DNA of 63,844 nucleotides, filler included, from Octopus bimaculoides (taxonomy: Eukaryota): assembly GCF_001194135.2 (NCBI RefSeq). It is 5 parts of 5 records of this genome, joined end to end, with 100 filler letters (N's around TTAATTAATTAA, not from the genome) between each part and the next. Parts side by side here need not be neighbours in the genome. Positions count along the whole stretch, not along the records: positions 1 to 24,751 come from NC_068990.1; positions 24,852 to 36,098 come from NC_068992.1; 3 more parts are not named here. One strand, 5' to 3'. Numbering within the stretch: position 1 is the first letter of the stretch; every line of letters begins with the position of its first letter. A program made the position numbers and the translations under genes. This document shows, piece by piece, positions 22,270 to 36,198 of this stretch. Under the pieces are notes generated by a model. That model had not been told where the DNA came from, ran no database searches, and was given only the letters and a program-made list of their open reading frames with translations.

Positions 22270-22720
22270 TATCATCATCACCACCATCATTTAATGTCTG
22301 CTTTCCATACTGGCATGGATTAGACAGTTTGGAGAGGCCCTTTGTTGCCAACAAATGTAGAAGCTCTTTGAACTTTACCCAACTTATTCTAGCAGCTACA
22401 CTCTCAAAACACCCACCTCCAAACTGACTCAGTCACCTAGATAACGAAAGCTACCAACTACTTCTAGGTATCCCCACTGGCATTTGATGGAGTCTATTTT
22501 CCGTATATTTCTAGTGTTGATTGTACCTGTGCATCTGCCACCAGCAAAGGGTTATTTTCTTTTTTTAACCTACCTCTGATATTGCTGTTTCACTTATGTG
22601 TCCATAGATAGCACTGGGTACATTTTATAGAGTTTCTACCTAAGCCTTTTCTACATATTGAGCATGTCTGAAAGGATTTGTGATTTGTCTGCTCTTCTAT
22701 GTACTAAAAGTTTGGTTTTT
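22270..22720 (-). mobile_element. RTE tail plus degraded RTE PHD-finger region
   Basis: catcatttaatgtctgctttccatactggcatgg tail; 22385-22720 aligns by eye to the intact copy at 36199-36565. Confidence 0.7.
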
Positions 22721-23080
22721 GCTAAACTAACTTTAAGACCCTTTGATTCCAGCCCTTACTTTCACACAGAAAACTTTTTCTCTAGTTGTGGTAGTGATTC
22801 AGCTATAAGAACAAGGTTATCAGAACAGAGGAGCTTTCAGTGCCAGCCTGACTTAAGTTCCTCTATTATTGCCTGAATATATATATACATATATATAAAG
22901 TAAAGATTATTTGCCAACATAATGTGGCAGTCCTGGTTGGGACAAGTGTTACTGTTGTTTAGCCCCAGGAAATATCGTTTCCAGCTGGCTATACGACACA
23001 ATATTTGTGTCCTTATATTTTCTAACAGGGGAGTTTAGCACTCCCACCCAGCACAAAGCAATGTCTGTGGACCGGGTCCA

Positions 23081-23290
23081 AGGGATTTCCGGTATGAGAG
23101 AAGGAACTTCTGGTATAAGAAAAGAGATTTCTGGTATTGGTTACATGATTTTCGGTATTGGTGGTGGAATTTCCAGTATTGGTGGTGGGATTTCAAGGTA
23201 TTGGTGGTAGCATTTCCAGTGTTGGTGGTGGCAGGATTTCCGGTATTGGTAGCGGGATTCCTGGTATTGGTGGCGAGATTTCTGGTTGCA
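23081..23290 (+). repeat. Degenerate 21-bp minisatellite (ggatttccggtattggtggtg), ~10 units
   Basis: Directly visible periodic gatttc(c/t)ggtattggt units. Confidence 0.8.
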
Positions 23291-24131
23291 GGAGTGGAAA
23301 AGGGTGGGCTCATCACAAAAAAGAAATGTAAGAACAGGCTAGCTTTGCATTAAGATTATAAAGTTAATTTAAGGATCATTTAGCATGTTAGTAATACAAG
23401 TTAAATAAATGAAGAGAAATGATGAATGATTAAAAAATGAGAGAATTTCTTTGCTTAGTGGCTGGACATTTTGTGTTGTGATATGATAGTGTCAAATAGC
23501 AGGAAAGGAGGTTGGAGACGAAAGCCATGTGTTTTATAGTCTTATAACCAGGAGCGGTCAAAGAGTTGGTCAAGGGAATAGAAATAGCAGCAAAGGACAA
23601 TATATNNNNNNNNNNNNNNNNNNNNNNNNNNNNNNNNNNNNNNNNNNNNNNNNTATATATATATATATATATGTTTATATAAATGTCTGTCTTAGTGCCA
23701 ATATTCATGAAACTTTGCATACATGTTACACTAACATCCGGTTGAATAAAAGTCTATAATGTGACCCCCATCAGGGCATTGGACGAATTATATGATAAAA
23801 TTAGAAAGTTGCAAAAAGTATAAGTCTGAGGTAGTAACAGAGAGTGTGACTTACATCAGTAAAGGCGAGAACAGCAGTGAGGATGGGAGGGTAATGTTAA
23901 TAAAGGTGTCATATACATGTGACACTGCATACATGCTTTCGTAGATACATAGCTACAACACACACACAGAAGAAAGTGGGTGTGAGGAATATGTAGCTTT
24001 AAGGAGAGAGGGGATAGGTGACTTTTCTGCTATCCATTGCAAAGAAACACTCACACACAGACACACACATACATACATATGTCTACTATACACCATTTTA
24101 AACTTGTGATTACCTGTGTGCACGTTTGTAA

Positions 24132-24176
<45 letters not shown>

Positions 24177-24751
24177 TGACTGTCTGTCTCTCTACTTTTG
24201 TAGGGTCTTCCCTGTTGCTGTCACATATTGTGAGATTTTAAAATTTTCAAATCTGGTATATTGAAATAATTTTCCACATTAAATCCGATTTTGTTATTTA
24301 TTTGTTCTTAACATCCAGTCCAGTTGAATTATAGGTGAATTGGAATTCAATAAAAATCTAGGGCGGTAGGCTGTAGCACGTTTACAGATCAGCTACAATA
24401 AGCTACAACACATGACGATGCCAGCTACAATACGCAGACTATTTGCCAATGTATTTGTAAATCTATCTCTTTTTCTAACTTATTTTACTCAGATGCATAT
24501 TCATTTGTTAAAATAATATAGGGACATTCCTTATTTGCCCACTAAACAAACAAAGAGTTTCTAATATCTATTTTTAGCAATAAACTATTACCATAAATGA
24601 CAGGTTGGGCATAAAGATGGGAACTAAAACAGGAGCTGAACAGGGAATGGGATAGGATATGAAACAGTGTAATGAGAATGGGAACTAGAAATAACCCTTG
24701 CTTTTCTGGGTATCACTGGGTAATTCAGCTAGTATATATATATTTATATAT

Positions 24752-24851
24752 NNNNNNNNNNNNNNNNNNNNNNNNNNNNNNNNNNNNNNNNNNNNTTAAT
24801 TAATTAANNNNNNNNNNNNNNNNNNNNNNNNNNNNNNNNNNNNNNNNNNNN
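24752..24851. other. Artificial scaffold join N44-TTAATTAATTAA-N44
   Basis: Identical 100-bp pattern at 36099-36198, 51634-51733 and 58065-58164. Confidence 0.9.
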
Positions 24852-24867
24852 GTGTGTATATGATTGT

Positions 24868-25011
24868 GTGTGTGTGCCCCAACATCGCTTTACAGCCGAT
24901 GCTGGTGTGTTTAGGTCCACGTAACTTAGCTGTTCGGCAAAAGTGGTCGTTAGAATAAGTACTAGGCTTACAAAAAATAAGTCTTGGGGTCGATTTGCTC
25001 AACTAAAGGCG
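24868..25011 (+). mobile_element. CORE-like SINE, 3' half
   Basis: ccccaacatcgc..gtaacttagctgttcggcaaaag..agaataagtactaggcttacaaa..ggggtcgatttgctc. Confidence 0.75.
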
Positions 25012-25137
25012 TAGAGCTTTTCTTTTCGGGAGGGGTAATGAAAGAGAAAAAATAAAAGTAGGGGTGTATCGATCAAAAGGGATCGTAGGGAGGGAAAAAG
25101 GGAAGGTGGGAGTTCGATCAAAAGGGATCGAGAAAAA

Positions 25138-25169
<32 letters not shown>

Positions 25170-25717
25170 GTAGATATACATATATATAAGTACATATATG
25201 CATGTATGTGAGTATGTGTGCGTGTGTACGTGCAGGAATAATCGAAAACAATTGCCAATTAAGTAGTACCAGGGAGACTTGTGACGTGCTTTGCATGAAA
25301 CAATATGGATGATGTAAGGTACATAATAGAATGCAATATCTAATGGAATACGAGATCGATAAGGCCTGTATTTAAACTTATTTGGTTAAAGAGTCAGATA
25401 TTGATTTCATTTTATTGCAAAATATATCATAACATTTGCGGATACTGTTTCCTTTCATCTGTTGGTTCTGACTAAGGTACCAGAAGTATGACGTCAACTT
25501 AATCATGACATGATAATGTTTTATTTCTCAGGTATTTATTGTATTATAACAACTGCACTAAGGAGCAGAAAGTTAATGAGCATACGTCGGTAGGTAGGTA
25601 GGTAGGTAGAATGGACCATAAACAAAACTTGACTGTAAAAAGGATTTACATAATCCTATCAGGTGGTTCTATTAAGTTAGACATGGCCTTGACCAATCTT
25701 TGGTCGAAACATATCTA

Positions 25718-25750
<33 letters not shown>

Positions 25751-26733
25751 NNNNNNNNNNNNNNNNNNNNNNNNNNNNNNNNNNNNNNNNNNNNNNNNNN
25801 NNNNNNNNNNNNNNNNNNNNNNNNNNNNNNNNNNNNNNNNNNNNNNNNNNNNNNNNNNNNNNNNNNNNNNNNNNNNNNNNNNNNNNNNNNNNNNNNNNNN
25901 NNNNNNNNNNNNNNNNNNNNNNNNNNNNNNNNNNNNNNNNNNNNNNNNNNNNNNNNNNNNNNNNNNNNNNNNNNNNNNNNNNNNNNNNNNNNNNNNNNNN
26001 NNNNNNNNNNNNNNNNNNNNNNNNNNNNNNNNNNNNNNNNNNNNNNNNNNNNNNNNNNNNNNNNNNNNNNNNNNNNNNNNNNNNNNNNNNNNNNNNNNNN
26101 NNNNNNNNNNNNNNNNNNNNNNNNNNNNNNNNNNNNNNNNNNNNNNNNNNNNNNNNNNNNNNNNNNNNNNNNNNNNNNNNNNNNNNNNNNNNNNNNNNNN
26201 NNNNNNNNNNNNNNNNNNNNNNNNNNNNNNNNNNNNNNNNNNNNNNNNNNNNNNNNNNNNNNNNNNNNNNNNNNNNNNNNNNNNNNNNNNNNNNNNNNNN
26301 NNNNNNNNNNNNNNNNNNNNNNNNNNNNNNNNNNNNNNNNNNNNNNNNNNNNNNNNNNNNNNNNNNNNNNNNNNNNNNNNNNNNNNNNNNNNNNNNNNNN
26401 NNNNNNNNNNNNNNNNNNNNNNNNNNNNNNNNNNNNNNNNNNNNNNNNNNNNNNNNNNNNNNNNNNNNNNNNNNNNNNNNNNNNNNNNNNNNNNNNNNNN
26501 NNNNNNNNNNNNNNNNNNNNNNNNNNNNNNNNNNNNNNNNNNNNNNNNNNNNNNNNNNNNNNNNNNNNNNTGTGTGTGTATATAGAAATATGCATATACA
26601 TCTATATGTATATCTGTGTATCTGACTGTGTATATATCTATGTATGAGTGAGTGTGTGTTCGTCTATGTTCATGTGCGTGTGTGTTTGAGTGTGTGTGTG
26701 TGTTAGTGTGTGTGTGTTAGTGTGTGTGTGTTC

Positions 26734-26764
<31 letters not shown>

Positions 26765-28022
26765 TGTATGTGTGTGTGTGTGTTTGTGTGTGTTTGTTTA
26801 TCTCTTGGTTTACCAGAAGCTATAAGTCACTGGATTCAATACAAATGTCATTGGATTCAATACAATATTTTATAACTGTAAGGCTCCAATTTGCAGTACC
26901 CAGAGTTGTTCGTTGCCAATCATCAGCTGGCAAAACAAGTCTGGTTTCCTTTTGAAATAATCATTGTCTGATTTTTCTTTTCTTTATTTAAAATATATGA
27001 AAGTCTGATTCAAATAATGACTATGTCATTAAGAGTTGTTTCAGTTTACCAGAAATAAATAAATGGGTTATAATCATTCAAAAGAAAGTAACACATATGG
27101 AGATATAACATTTAATAGAAATTTATTATGTGCAAAAATCAAACATAGTCCCTTACAGCTGTTTCAATTAGGCTTAATAGATTAAATAGTAATTAATAAA
27201 ATCAAAATATATAAGAAAAATTCTCTTCAGAGGGATAGAGAAAAGATATACCGCTACGTTTTTAAGTGCATTTTAGAATCATCACAGCCGATTGGGTTTT
27301 ATTTTATGGATAATATCGGTATATTGCCGGATTAGGGAGTTATCGGTTGTTTCTATTGTTTATAATTTTTTATTAAATGTTATATCTCCATTTTCTTACT
27401 TTCCTTTGAATGATTATAAACCTATTGTTTAATGGATAATATTATTATTCATAATAAATATTAGGTATTTGAACTAGTAAACCCTTATTGAGGCTAATTT
27501 AACCTATAATTGAATATATATATAGTGAGAGAAAGATAGATAGATAGATAGATAGATGTCGATGTATTTATATACATACGCACAAACATGCATGTATACA
27601 CACACACACACACACACACACACATGCGTTTCATGTGTGTGTGCTTGTGATTGTTGTTTCACGATGCGATTCTTCAGAACTGTTCTGAAGAAGTGCAATG
27701 ATGAAGCTGACAGTCATCAAGCACTTTTGATCTTTACAATTCAAGTGTTTCTGAGTGCGCGCGCGCGTTTGTGTGTGTTCGTGTGTGTGTACGTGTGCGT
27801 GCGTCTGTGTGTGTGTGTGTGTGTCTGTGTTTCTGATTGTCTGTGTGCGACAAGATTCTGTACAATTTCCTTCAAAGTTCTCTCAAGCATCATTGAGAGT
27901 GTGATAAAATAAAACTTCACATCCACAATATGCCGCGCATATGAGCAGGATCGAACTCGTGGCGCCAATACGAACTTCATGAACAGAAACCTATCAGTTC
28001 ACCATTCTGCTTCTATTCCTGA

Positions 28023-28122
28023 CCATTCCACCCCAACCATTCCACCCCAACCATTCCACCCCAACCNNNNNNNNNNCCATTCCACCCCAACCATTCCACC
28101 CCAACCATTCCACCCCAACCAA
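28023..28122 (+). repeat. 14-bp minisatellite (ccattccaccccaa)n, at least 6 units, with internal gap
   Basis: Directly visible. Confidence 0.9.
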
Positions 28123-28289
28123 CCCACCTTTCTATTTCCTATTCATATTCATTCCTATAATTAATAAATTCCTAATAATTTCTCACACAATAATAATTTG
28201 TCAAGACCACTAATTAAACGGGCGAAAACACCAATTAGTTTCTGTTTCTTTTATATTATTTATATTTTTCATAATTCACGCCATGTTTA

Positions 28290-28412
28290 TTACTATTATC
28301 ATTATTATTATTATTATCATTATTATTACTATTATCATTATTATTATTATTATTATCATCAGCATTATTATTATTATTATTATTATTATTAGTATTATTG
28401 TTGTTGTTGTTG
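28290..28412. repeat. (TAT/CAT)n microsatellite
   Basis: Directly visible; source of the poly-Ile and poly-Tyr pseudo-ORFs. Confidence 0.95.
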
Positions 28413-28640
28413 NNNNNNNNNNNNNNNNNNNNNNNNNNNNNNNNNNNNNNNNNNNNNNNNNNNNNNNNNNNNNNNNNNNNNNNNNNNNNNNNNNNNNNNN
28501 NNNNNNNNNNNNNNNNNNNNNNNNNNNNNNNNNNNNNNNNNNNNNNNNNNNNNNNNNNNNNNNNNNNNNNNNNNNNNNNNNNNNNNNNNNNNNNNNNNNN
28601 NNNNNNNNNNNNNNNNNNNNNNNNNNNNNNNNNNNNNNNN

Positions 28641-28688
<48 letters not shown>

Positions 28689-29509
28689 CCTATTATATTT
28701 ATTTATTCATTTATTGAAATGGTCGAATATTGTTGCGCATTATTTCTTTTATTTGATTTTTATTTTCAAATAAAATCAAAATGAAATGCAAAATAGAAAT
28801 AATAATACGAATGTCTTTTTTGTTTTTTGTACGTTTTATTTATAAATTTTTATTTTCATGTAGCTATTTATCTTTATTTCAAACATATTTATTTATATAT
28901 TTATTTATTTGAAAGGGGTGAATATTTCTGTTTCACATTTTTTTTTTGTTTTTTAATATTTATCTTCCATTTTGTCATTTTCGTATTTTTTTCCATTTTC
29001 TTTTTGTTGTTGTGTGGGTGTTGGAAATTTTATTTATAGTTGCAAATTGTTTTCTTGCATATAACTTCCTCTTGTTTATGTTGCTGTTGTTGTTTGAATT
29101 AGGGTCACCTCTATTCATATGGGAAAAATTTAAGCAAGCATTTGGAGTGGGTGGCGTAGAAACGAACTGAATAATTGGAGGCGAGTATAAGAAGGATGTG
29201 GAAATCTTTTTTGTTAAAGACTGTTTTACAATGTCTGACTGCTTTATAGGGTCTGTCTGTTTAAATGTCTGCTTCGATGAAGTTGAAGGAAGGAAAGTAT
29301 TTTAATGAATCAATTAAGAAACACATTTTTATTTGCTTTTTTTTGTGAGTGTGTGTGCGTGTGCGTATGTGTGTGTGTGTGTGTGTGTGTGTATTTGGGC
29401 TATTAAGAATTAAGAAAATGATTAAAAGAAATAAAGAGAAGGAAAAGAAATAAGACTGTCCTATCCATTGTATAGAAGCTTTTATATATGAAGGAAAGGA
29501 AAGTCGAAA

Positions 29510-30666
29510 CGATGATGACAAGGACGACTACGACGGCGACGATGATGATGATGACCACGACATGACGATCATGACAATGGCGATGATGATGATGATGATG
29601 ATGACGATGATGATGATGATGGTGATGATGATGATGATGATGATGACGACGACGGTATTAGTGATAATGATGAGGAGGTAGGGAGGAGGTGGGGAGGAGG
29701 TGGGGAGGATCAAGANNNNNNNNNNNNNNNNNNNNNNNNNNNNNNNNNNNNNNNNNNNNNNNNNNNNNNNNNNNNNNNNNNNNNNNNNNNNNNNNNNNNN
29801 NNNNNNNNNNNNNNNNNNNNNNNNNNNNNNNNNNNNNNNNNNNNNNNNNNNNNNNNNNNNNNNNNNNNNNNNNNNNNNNNNNNNNNNNNNNNNNNNNNNN
29901 NNNNNNNNNNNNNNNNNNNNNNNNNNNNNNNNNNNNNNNNNNNNNNNNNNNNNNNNNNNNNNNNNNNNNNNNNNNNNNNNNNNNNNNNNNNNNNNNNNNN
30001 NNNNNNNNNNNNNNNNNNNNNNNNNNNNNNNNNNNNNNNNNNNNNNNNNNNNNNNNNNNNNNNNNNNNNNNNNNNNNNNNNNNNNNNNNNNNNNNNNNNN
30101 NNNNNNNNNNNNNNNNNNNNNNNNNNNNNNNNNNNNNNNNNNNNNNNNNNNNNNNNNNNNNNNNNNNNNNNNNNNNNNNNNNNNNNNNNNNNNNNNNNNN
30201 NNNNNNNNNNNNNNNNNNNNNNNNNNNNNNNNNNNNNNNNNNNNNNNNNNNNNNNNNNNNNNNNNNNNNNNNNNNNNNNNNNNNNNNNNNNNNNNNNNNN
30301 NNNNNNNNNNNNNNNNNNNNNNNNNNNNNNNNNNNNNNNNNNNNNNNNNNNNNNNNNNNNNNNNNNNNNNNNNNNNNNNNNNNNNNNNNNNNNNNNNNGA
30401 TGATGATGATGAATGATGAAAATTATGATAGTGGTAGTGGTGGGAGGATGGTGGTGGTGGTGATATTGATTATGATGGAGTTGGTACTCGTATTGGTCTC
30501 GGTGCTAGTGTTGGAAGTGGTACTCGTAATAGTTTTGGAGGTGGTTATGTGGTGATTGTTGTTATGGTGGTATCGGTGTTGGTAGTAGTAGGCTGTGGTC
30601 GTGCAGAAGATACGATGACGATGATGGTAATGATGATAATCAGGATGATGATGATGGTGATGATGA

Positions 30667-30700
<34 letters not shown>

Positions 30701-30710
30701 GGTGGTGGTG
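29510..30710. repeat. (GAT/GAC/GGT)n low-complexity tracts flanking a gap
   Basis: Directly visible; source of the poly-Met/Asp/His pseudo-ORFs. Confidence 0.9.
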
Positions 30711-31700
30711 GATTATGTTTATATGCCACAAGGGCATCCGATGCAGAAGATGTTACAAGGACAGATTAAGATTTTAGCGGGTGTAGAAATAAGATAAAAC
30801 TTATACATAGTACACAAAATATAAGCCCAGGTATACGAATATGCACATTCATATACGAATATTGACGTGTGTGTATATATACATATATGTATGTATGTAT
30901 GTATTATGTACGTACGTATGTACGTACGTATGTATGTATGTATGTATGTATGTATGAATAAATGGATGAAGCGGTTCTGCTGATAAAGAAGCACCTCTGA
31001 TAAGGCCCAAATGAAGAACCCACACCCACACAGATCCAGAATGACCTGAGCTTCCAATGTAATGACTCATCACTCGGTTGTCATTCCCCAAGTATGTACA
31101 GGGCTGTTATTCACCGAGCTATTATTGCCCAAGTATGTACAGAACCATGCTTGACGTATTTCTATTCACCATAATAATTTTCACAACTGTGTCTCTACCT
31201 TTTGACAGGACGGGATCATTTTCCTTTCCCCAATGTCACATACATTTTCAAGAGGACCTTCAAAAAAATATATAAATAAAAACTCTATGAGGGTTTCATC
31301 GTAGTGGAAGGTGTCTACCCCCAATCGTTTCAACCTAACCCACCCTAAATTCGCCTTCAAACAGACGATCACTGCTTGCTAAACCAAGTCAAAACAGTGC
31401 AATAGAACGATATAGACGTTGGACTCGGCTGTTAGACGAATCCATCTAAATGGCGGCGACAGCTGTTCGATAATAATGTTTCCCATGGTCACAAATTTAT
31501 AAAGAGGGTATATTTGAACGTATCGATTATCGATATGTTACTAGTATTTGAAAAACAAATATGGTGTAGAAAAGACTAAACGTATATGTATGTTAATGTT
31601 GAGACTAATGTCCAAGGCATTTTTGCTAAAATGAACTCGTGGAAAAACACGTACACCGACATATATAAATCTTTATATGCATATACATATGTATGCGTGA

Positions 31701-31761
<61 letters not shown>

Positions 31762-33006
31762 AGTATGTATTTATATGTAATACATGTATATATGTTTCTA
31801 TGCATATATATACATACATATACATACACACGTATATGTATATATATAAATATACATATGTATGTATGTGCGTGTGTGTGTATAGTGTATATACATATAA
31901 TGTATACGTGTGTCTGTATATNNNNNNNNNNNNNNNNNNNNNNNNNNNNNNNNNNNNNNNNNNNNNNNNNNNNNNNNNNNNNNNNNNNNNNNNNNNNNNN
32001 NNNNNNNNNNNNNNNNNNNNNNNNNNNNNNNNNNNNNNNNNNNNNNNNNNNNNNNNNNNNNNNNNNNNNNNNNNNNNNNNNNNNNNNNNNNNNNNNNNNN
32101 NNNNNNNNNNNNNNNNNNNNNNNNNNNNNNNNNNNNNNNNNNNNNNNNNNNNNNNNNNNNNNNNNNNNNNNNNNNNNNNNNNNNNNNNNNNNNNNNNNNN
32201 NNNNNNNNNNNNNNNNNNNNNNNNNNNNNNNNNNNNNNNNNNNNNNNNNNNNNNNNNNNNNNNNNNNNNNNNNNNNNNNNNNNNNNNNNNNNNNNNNNNN
32301 NNNNNNNNNNNNNNNNNNNNNNNNNNNNNNNNNNNNNNNNNNNNNNNNNNNNNNNNNNNNNNNNNNNNNNNNNNNNNNNNNNNNNNNNNNNNNNNACATA
32401 CTTATATATATTATATCCATATAATGCATATCATGTGTATATATATATATATATATATATTTGTATACATGCACACAAAATCATACAACCTTACATACAC
32501 GCACGCACACAAGCATGAAGACACACACATACACCCACACACACACTCACACGCACACGCACGCACAAATACACATACAATTTAGAAGAGGAAGAAATTG
32601 GGATAAATTTCCTTTCCACATCTTCGCAAACGCATGCGCTGGTCTTGCTGTTGGTGATGGAGTTAGCGTTGGCCAGCATGGTTGGAGCACTGTAGAAAAG
32701 GATTGCTCTTTGAAGGTTCTTCAAAAGATGATGTAATTTGTTAATGGGTCAAAGGTCAGACACTATAACAGTTGCCAACAAGAGAGTATAATTACACGAG
32801 AGACTGAGAAGAGAACAATTTACCAAAATCTCCAAGCATCAATGCGAAGAATGTGAAACGACATTCGCAGAAGATTTGGGATTATAATTGCTGATGTGAA
32901 ATTCTGACTTTTGGTGGAAGCTTTTTCATCTGAACTAGAGGCTAGAATTGTGTGTGAGTGTGTATATGTATATGTGCGTGTGTGTCTGAGGGAAATTGTG
33001 TAGTTC

Positions 33007-33038
<32 letters not shown>

Positions 33039-33328
33039 GGTGGTGGTGGTGATAATGGGTGTTGTGTCTGTATATATGCATTAAATGTGTATCAGAATAT
33101 ATGCAGTCTTTGAGAAATTTCTGTGTATATATTTGGTATGTGTGTGAGTGCGCGCGCACGTGTGTGTGTGCGCTCGCGCGTGTGTATACTGTTTATAAGC
33201 ATCTGTTATTTATGTATCTTTTATTTACGCATATTCACATATAAGATTATATATATATAGATATGCATAATTTATATATACATATAAACATATACGTACA
33301 TTTTTAAATATATGCATACACCTTTATT

Positions 33329-33374
<46 letters not shown>

Positions 33375-34217
33375 AACATACATATATATACATATATATA
33401 TGCATATATATAAGCATACATATATACATACATATGCGCACACACAAAGGTATATATATGTAAATGCACTGTATATGCATACATAAACACAAGCATACCT
33501 GTGTGTGTGTGTGTGAATATACTTATATAGTGCATTTATATATGTACACCTCTGTATATTTCTATATGTTTATATACATAAATTGGTACATAGACACGCA
33601 CAGACACCCTTCCCAAACGCACACACGCATATATATGCATACATATATAATGTATGCGTGTAACTGAATGTGTCTATGTGTGTATGTGTGCATGCATGTG
33701 TAGGTGTATGTATTTGTGGCGGGGAGGGGCGTGCGTGAGTTTTCTGTGTTTATGTTAAACAAAACATGCGTCAGTAATAAAAGATAATTCTAAACAAGCT
33801 GAATGGCTGCGTGAAAACAGGGTTGTGAGTTGTTAAGTAGACTCCAAGAAATAGTTGGCAGCAAACCTCGTTTGCACAGCCTACCTATCGTTAACTGAAC
33901 CACATTGCACCAGTAATGTCTACTAATACCACTAGAATAACACTCCACATGTTTGTTATCATTAATTACACCACATTACATCAGCATTGCCTAGTAATAC
34001 CACTAGAATAGGTAATGGTAGAAAAAAAAAACCCTTCGGTTATGAATGACCATGGGATTGTACTTAGAGTGTTACCCTCCGAGGCACAAGTCCGGGCAAG
34101 GTTGTTTATGGAAGACCAGTCGTCCCCCATGCATACCAGCCTCTCCTCTTCACGCCACCGATGTTAACCAAGAGAAAGGCAAAGGCTGATTCATCATAGC
34201 CCTAGTGACATTGCAGC

Positions 34218-34358
34218 TCATTCCATACCATTCACAAGGCTTTGGACAGCCCGAGACTATAATAGAAGACACTTACTCATGGTACCACATAGTAGGATTG
34301 TATCCGGAACCATGTGGTTGGGAAGCAAGCTTCTTACCACACGACCACGCCTGCGCCT
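34218..34358 (-). mobile_element. CORE-like SINE, 5' part
   Basis: cacaaggctttggacagccc..gaaccatgtggttgggaagcaagcttcttaccacacgaccacgcctgcgcc. Confidence 0.75.
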
Positions 34359-34378
34359 CACGTGTGTGTATATACATA

Positions 34379-34693
34379 CAGGATTTAGACAAAATAACGG
34401 AAACACATTAAAATTTCAAACAAATTAATTTTAATGTGGGATAGGACCGCCTTTGACAGTAATTGCGACTTGAATACTACGAGGTATAGTCTCGTACAAA
34501 GTTTGAATTGCTTCCAAAGGAATTTTTGTCCATTCTTCAGCTAAAACAGTCTCCAGTTCTTGTAGTGATAAATAACACTATTGATAAATAAATAAAAAAA
34601 CATAAAAATAAACAAGCTTTTGACGGTTTTCTAGATATTTCAAAATTATGATGCTGTGATGCTAGGTGTTTCCATTATTTTGTTCAACCCCTT
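34379..34693 (-). mobile_element. Internally deleted Tc1-like element with TA target duplication
   Basis: Inverted termini caggatttagacaaaataacggaaacac / gtgtttccattattttgttcaacccctt, flanked by TA; minus strand SLQELETVLAEEWTKIPLEAIQTLYETIPRSIQVAITVKGGPIPH*. Confidence 0.85.
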
Positions 34694-35110
34694 TATACAT
34701 ACATANNNNNNNNNNNNNNNNNNNNNNNNNNNNNNNNNNNNNNNNNNNNNNNNNNNNNNNNNNNNNNNNNNNNNNNNNNNNNNNNNNNNNNNNNNNNNNN
34801 NNNNNNNNNNNNNNNNNNNNNNNNNNNNNNNNNNNNNNNNNNNNNNNNNNNNNNNNNNNNNNNNNNNNNNNNNNNNNNNNNNNNNNNNNNNNNNNNNNNN
34901 NNNNNNNNNNNNNNNNNNNNNNNNNNNNNNNNNNNNNNNNNNNNNNNNNNNNNNNNNNNNNNNNNNNNNNNNNNNNNNNNNNNNNNNNNNNNNNNNNNNN
35001 NNNNNNNNNNNNNNNNNNNNNNNNNNNNNNNNNNNNNNNNNNNNNNNNNNNNNNNNNNNNNNNNNNNNNNNNNNNNNNNNNNNNATATATATATATATAT
35101 ATATATATAT

Positions 35111-35254
35111 ACGACGGGCTTCTTTCAGTTTCCGTCTACTAAATCCACTCACAAGGCTTTGGTCGGCCCGATGCTATAGTAGAAGACACTTGCCCAAGGT
35201 GCCACGCAGTGGGACTGAACCCGGAACCATGTGGCTGGTAAGCAAGCTACTTAC
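35111..35254 (-). mobile_element. CORE-like SINE, 5' part
   Basis: acgacgggcttctttcagtttccgtctac..gacacttgcccaaggtgccacgcagtgggactgaacccggaaccatgtgg. Confidence 0.85.
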
Positions 35255-35516
35255 CGCGCGCGCGCGCACACACACACACGCACACACGCACACACACACA
35301 GATAATTTATATCTCAGCGTGTGCGTTTGTATGTTTGAACATATGTACGTATGTATAAATGTTCGTACAACTGTATAGGTAGTTCTCAAAACAGATTAAT
35401 TTCATATACCCAAAGTAACTTAGTCCCACAAGTCTAAAGTGACAGTAAATTAATTTTTGAAAGAGTTAGAGATTACACAGGCAAAGTAATTAAGATTTAG
35501 TTTGAAATCATTCCTT

Positions 35517-35565
<49 letters not shown>

Positions 35566-35604
35566 NNNNNNNNNNNNNNNNNNNNNNNNNNNNNNNNNNN
35601 NNNT

Positions 35605-35642
<38 letters not shown>

Positions 35643-35726
35643 TATATGCATATATATATATATACATGCATATGTATGTGGTGGGGTACAGGGGTAAGGA
35701 AGTCTCAAGAGAGCTGAACAGCAGAT

Positions 35727-35945
35727 TATGGAGATGTGGTACTTAGTGGCTCATGATGCACTCATAATCGTGGGATTGCGGTTTCGATTTCTAGACGGAG
35801 CGAAGTTCGGTCTTCAAGAGCAAAACGCTTCGTGTTCCCCGATTCCGTTCAACTGGCAAAGATAAGGGATCAGGGAATGTTAACGCCACAGAATCCGGGG
35901 AAACCAGCCTTAGATCTTATGGCTTGGGAGGGACGTTTGATTCCT
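35727..35945 (+). mobile_element. Diverged tRNA SINE (Meta-like family)
   Basis: ggagatgtggtacttagtgg..ggtttcgatttc..gagcaaaacgcttc..cagaatccggggaaaccagcc. Confidence 0.55.
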
Positions 35946-36054
35946 TGTTTATATACATATGTATATGCGATGTGCATCAATATTGTACAATTCAATACAT
36001 ACAGACACACACGCACACACATACATATATACATATATATATATATACATATAC

Positions 36055-36098
<44 letters not shown>

Positions 36099-36198
36099 NN
36101 NNNNNNNNNNNNNNNNNNNNNNNNNNNNNNNNNNNNNNNNNNTTAATTAATTAANNNNNNNNNNNNNNNNNNNNNNNNNNNNNNNNNNNNNNNNNNNN

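Noticed and set aside
23081-23290. Short periodic repeats as a possible CRISPR array
   Set aside because: Contiguous tandem units without unique spacers, in a eukaryotic context with no cas genes.
24370-24456. LRR-like peptide LQISYNKLQH
   Set aside because: Arises from a local agctacaa triplication; no phase-2 acceptor and no 72-nt exon.
32579-32718. Possible minus-strand exon in a GC-richer patch
   Set aside because: Weak GAAG acceptor and no recognisable peptide.
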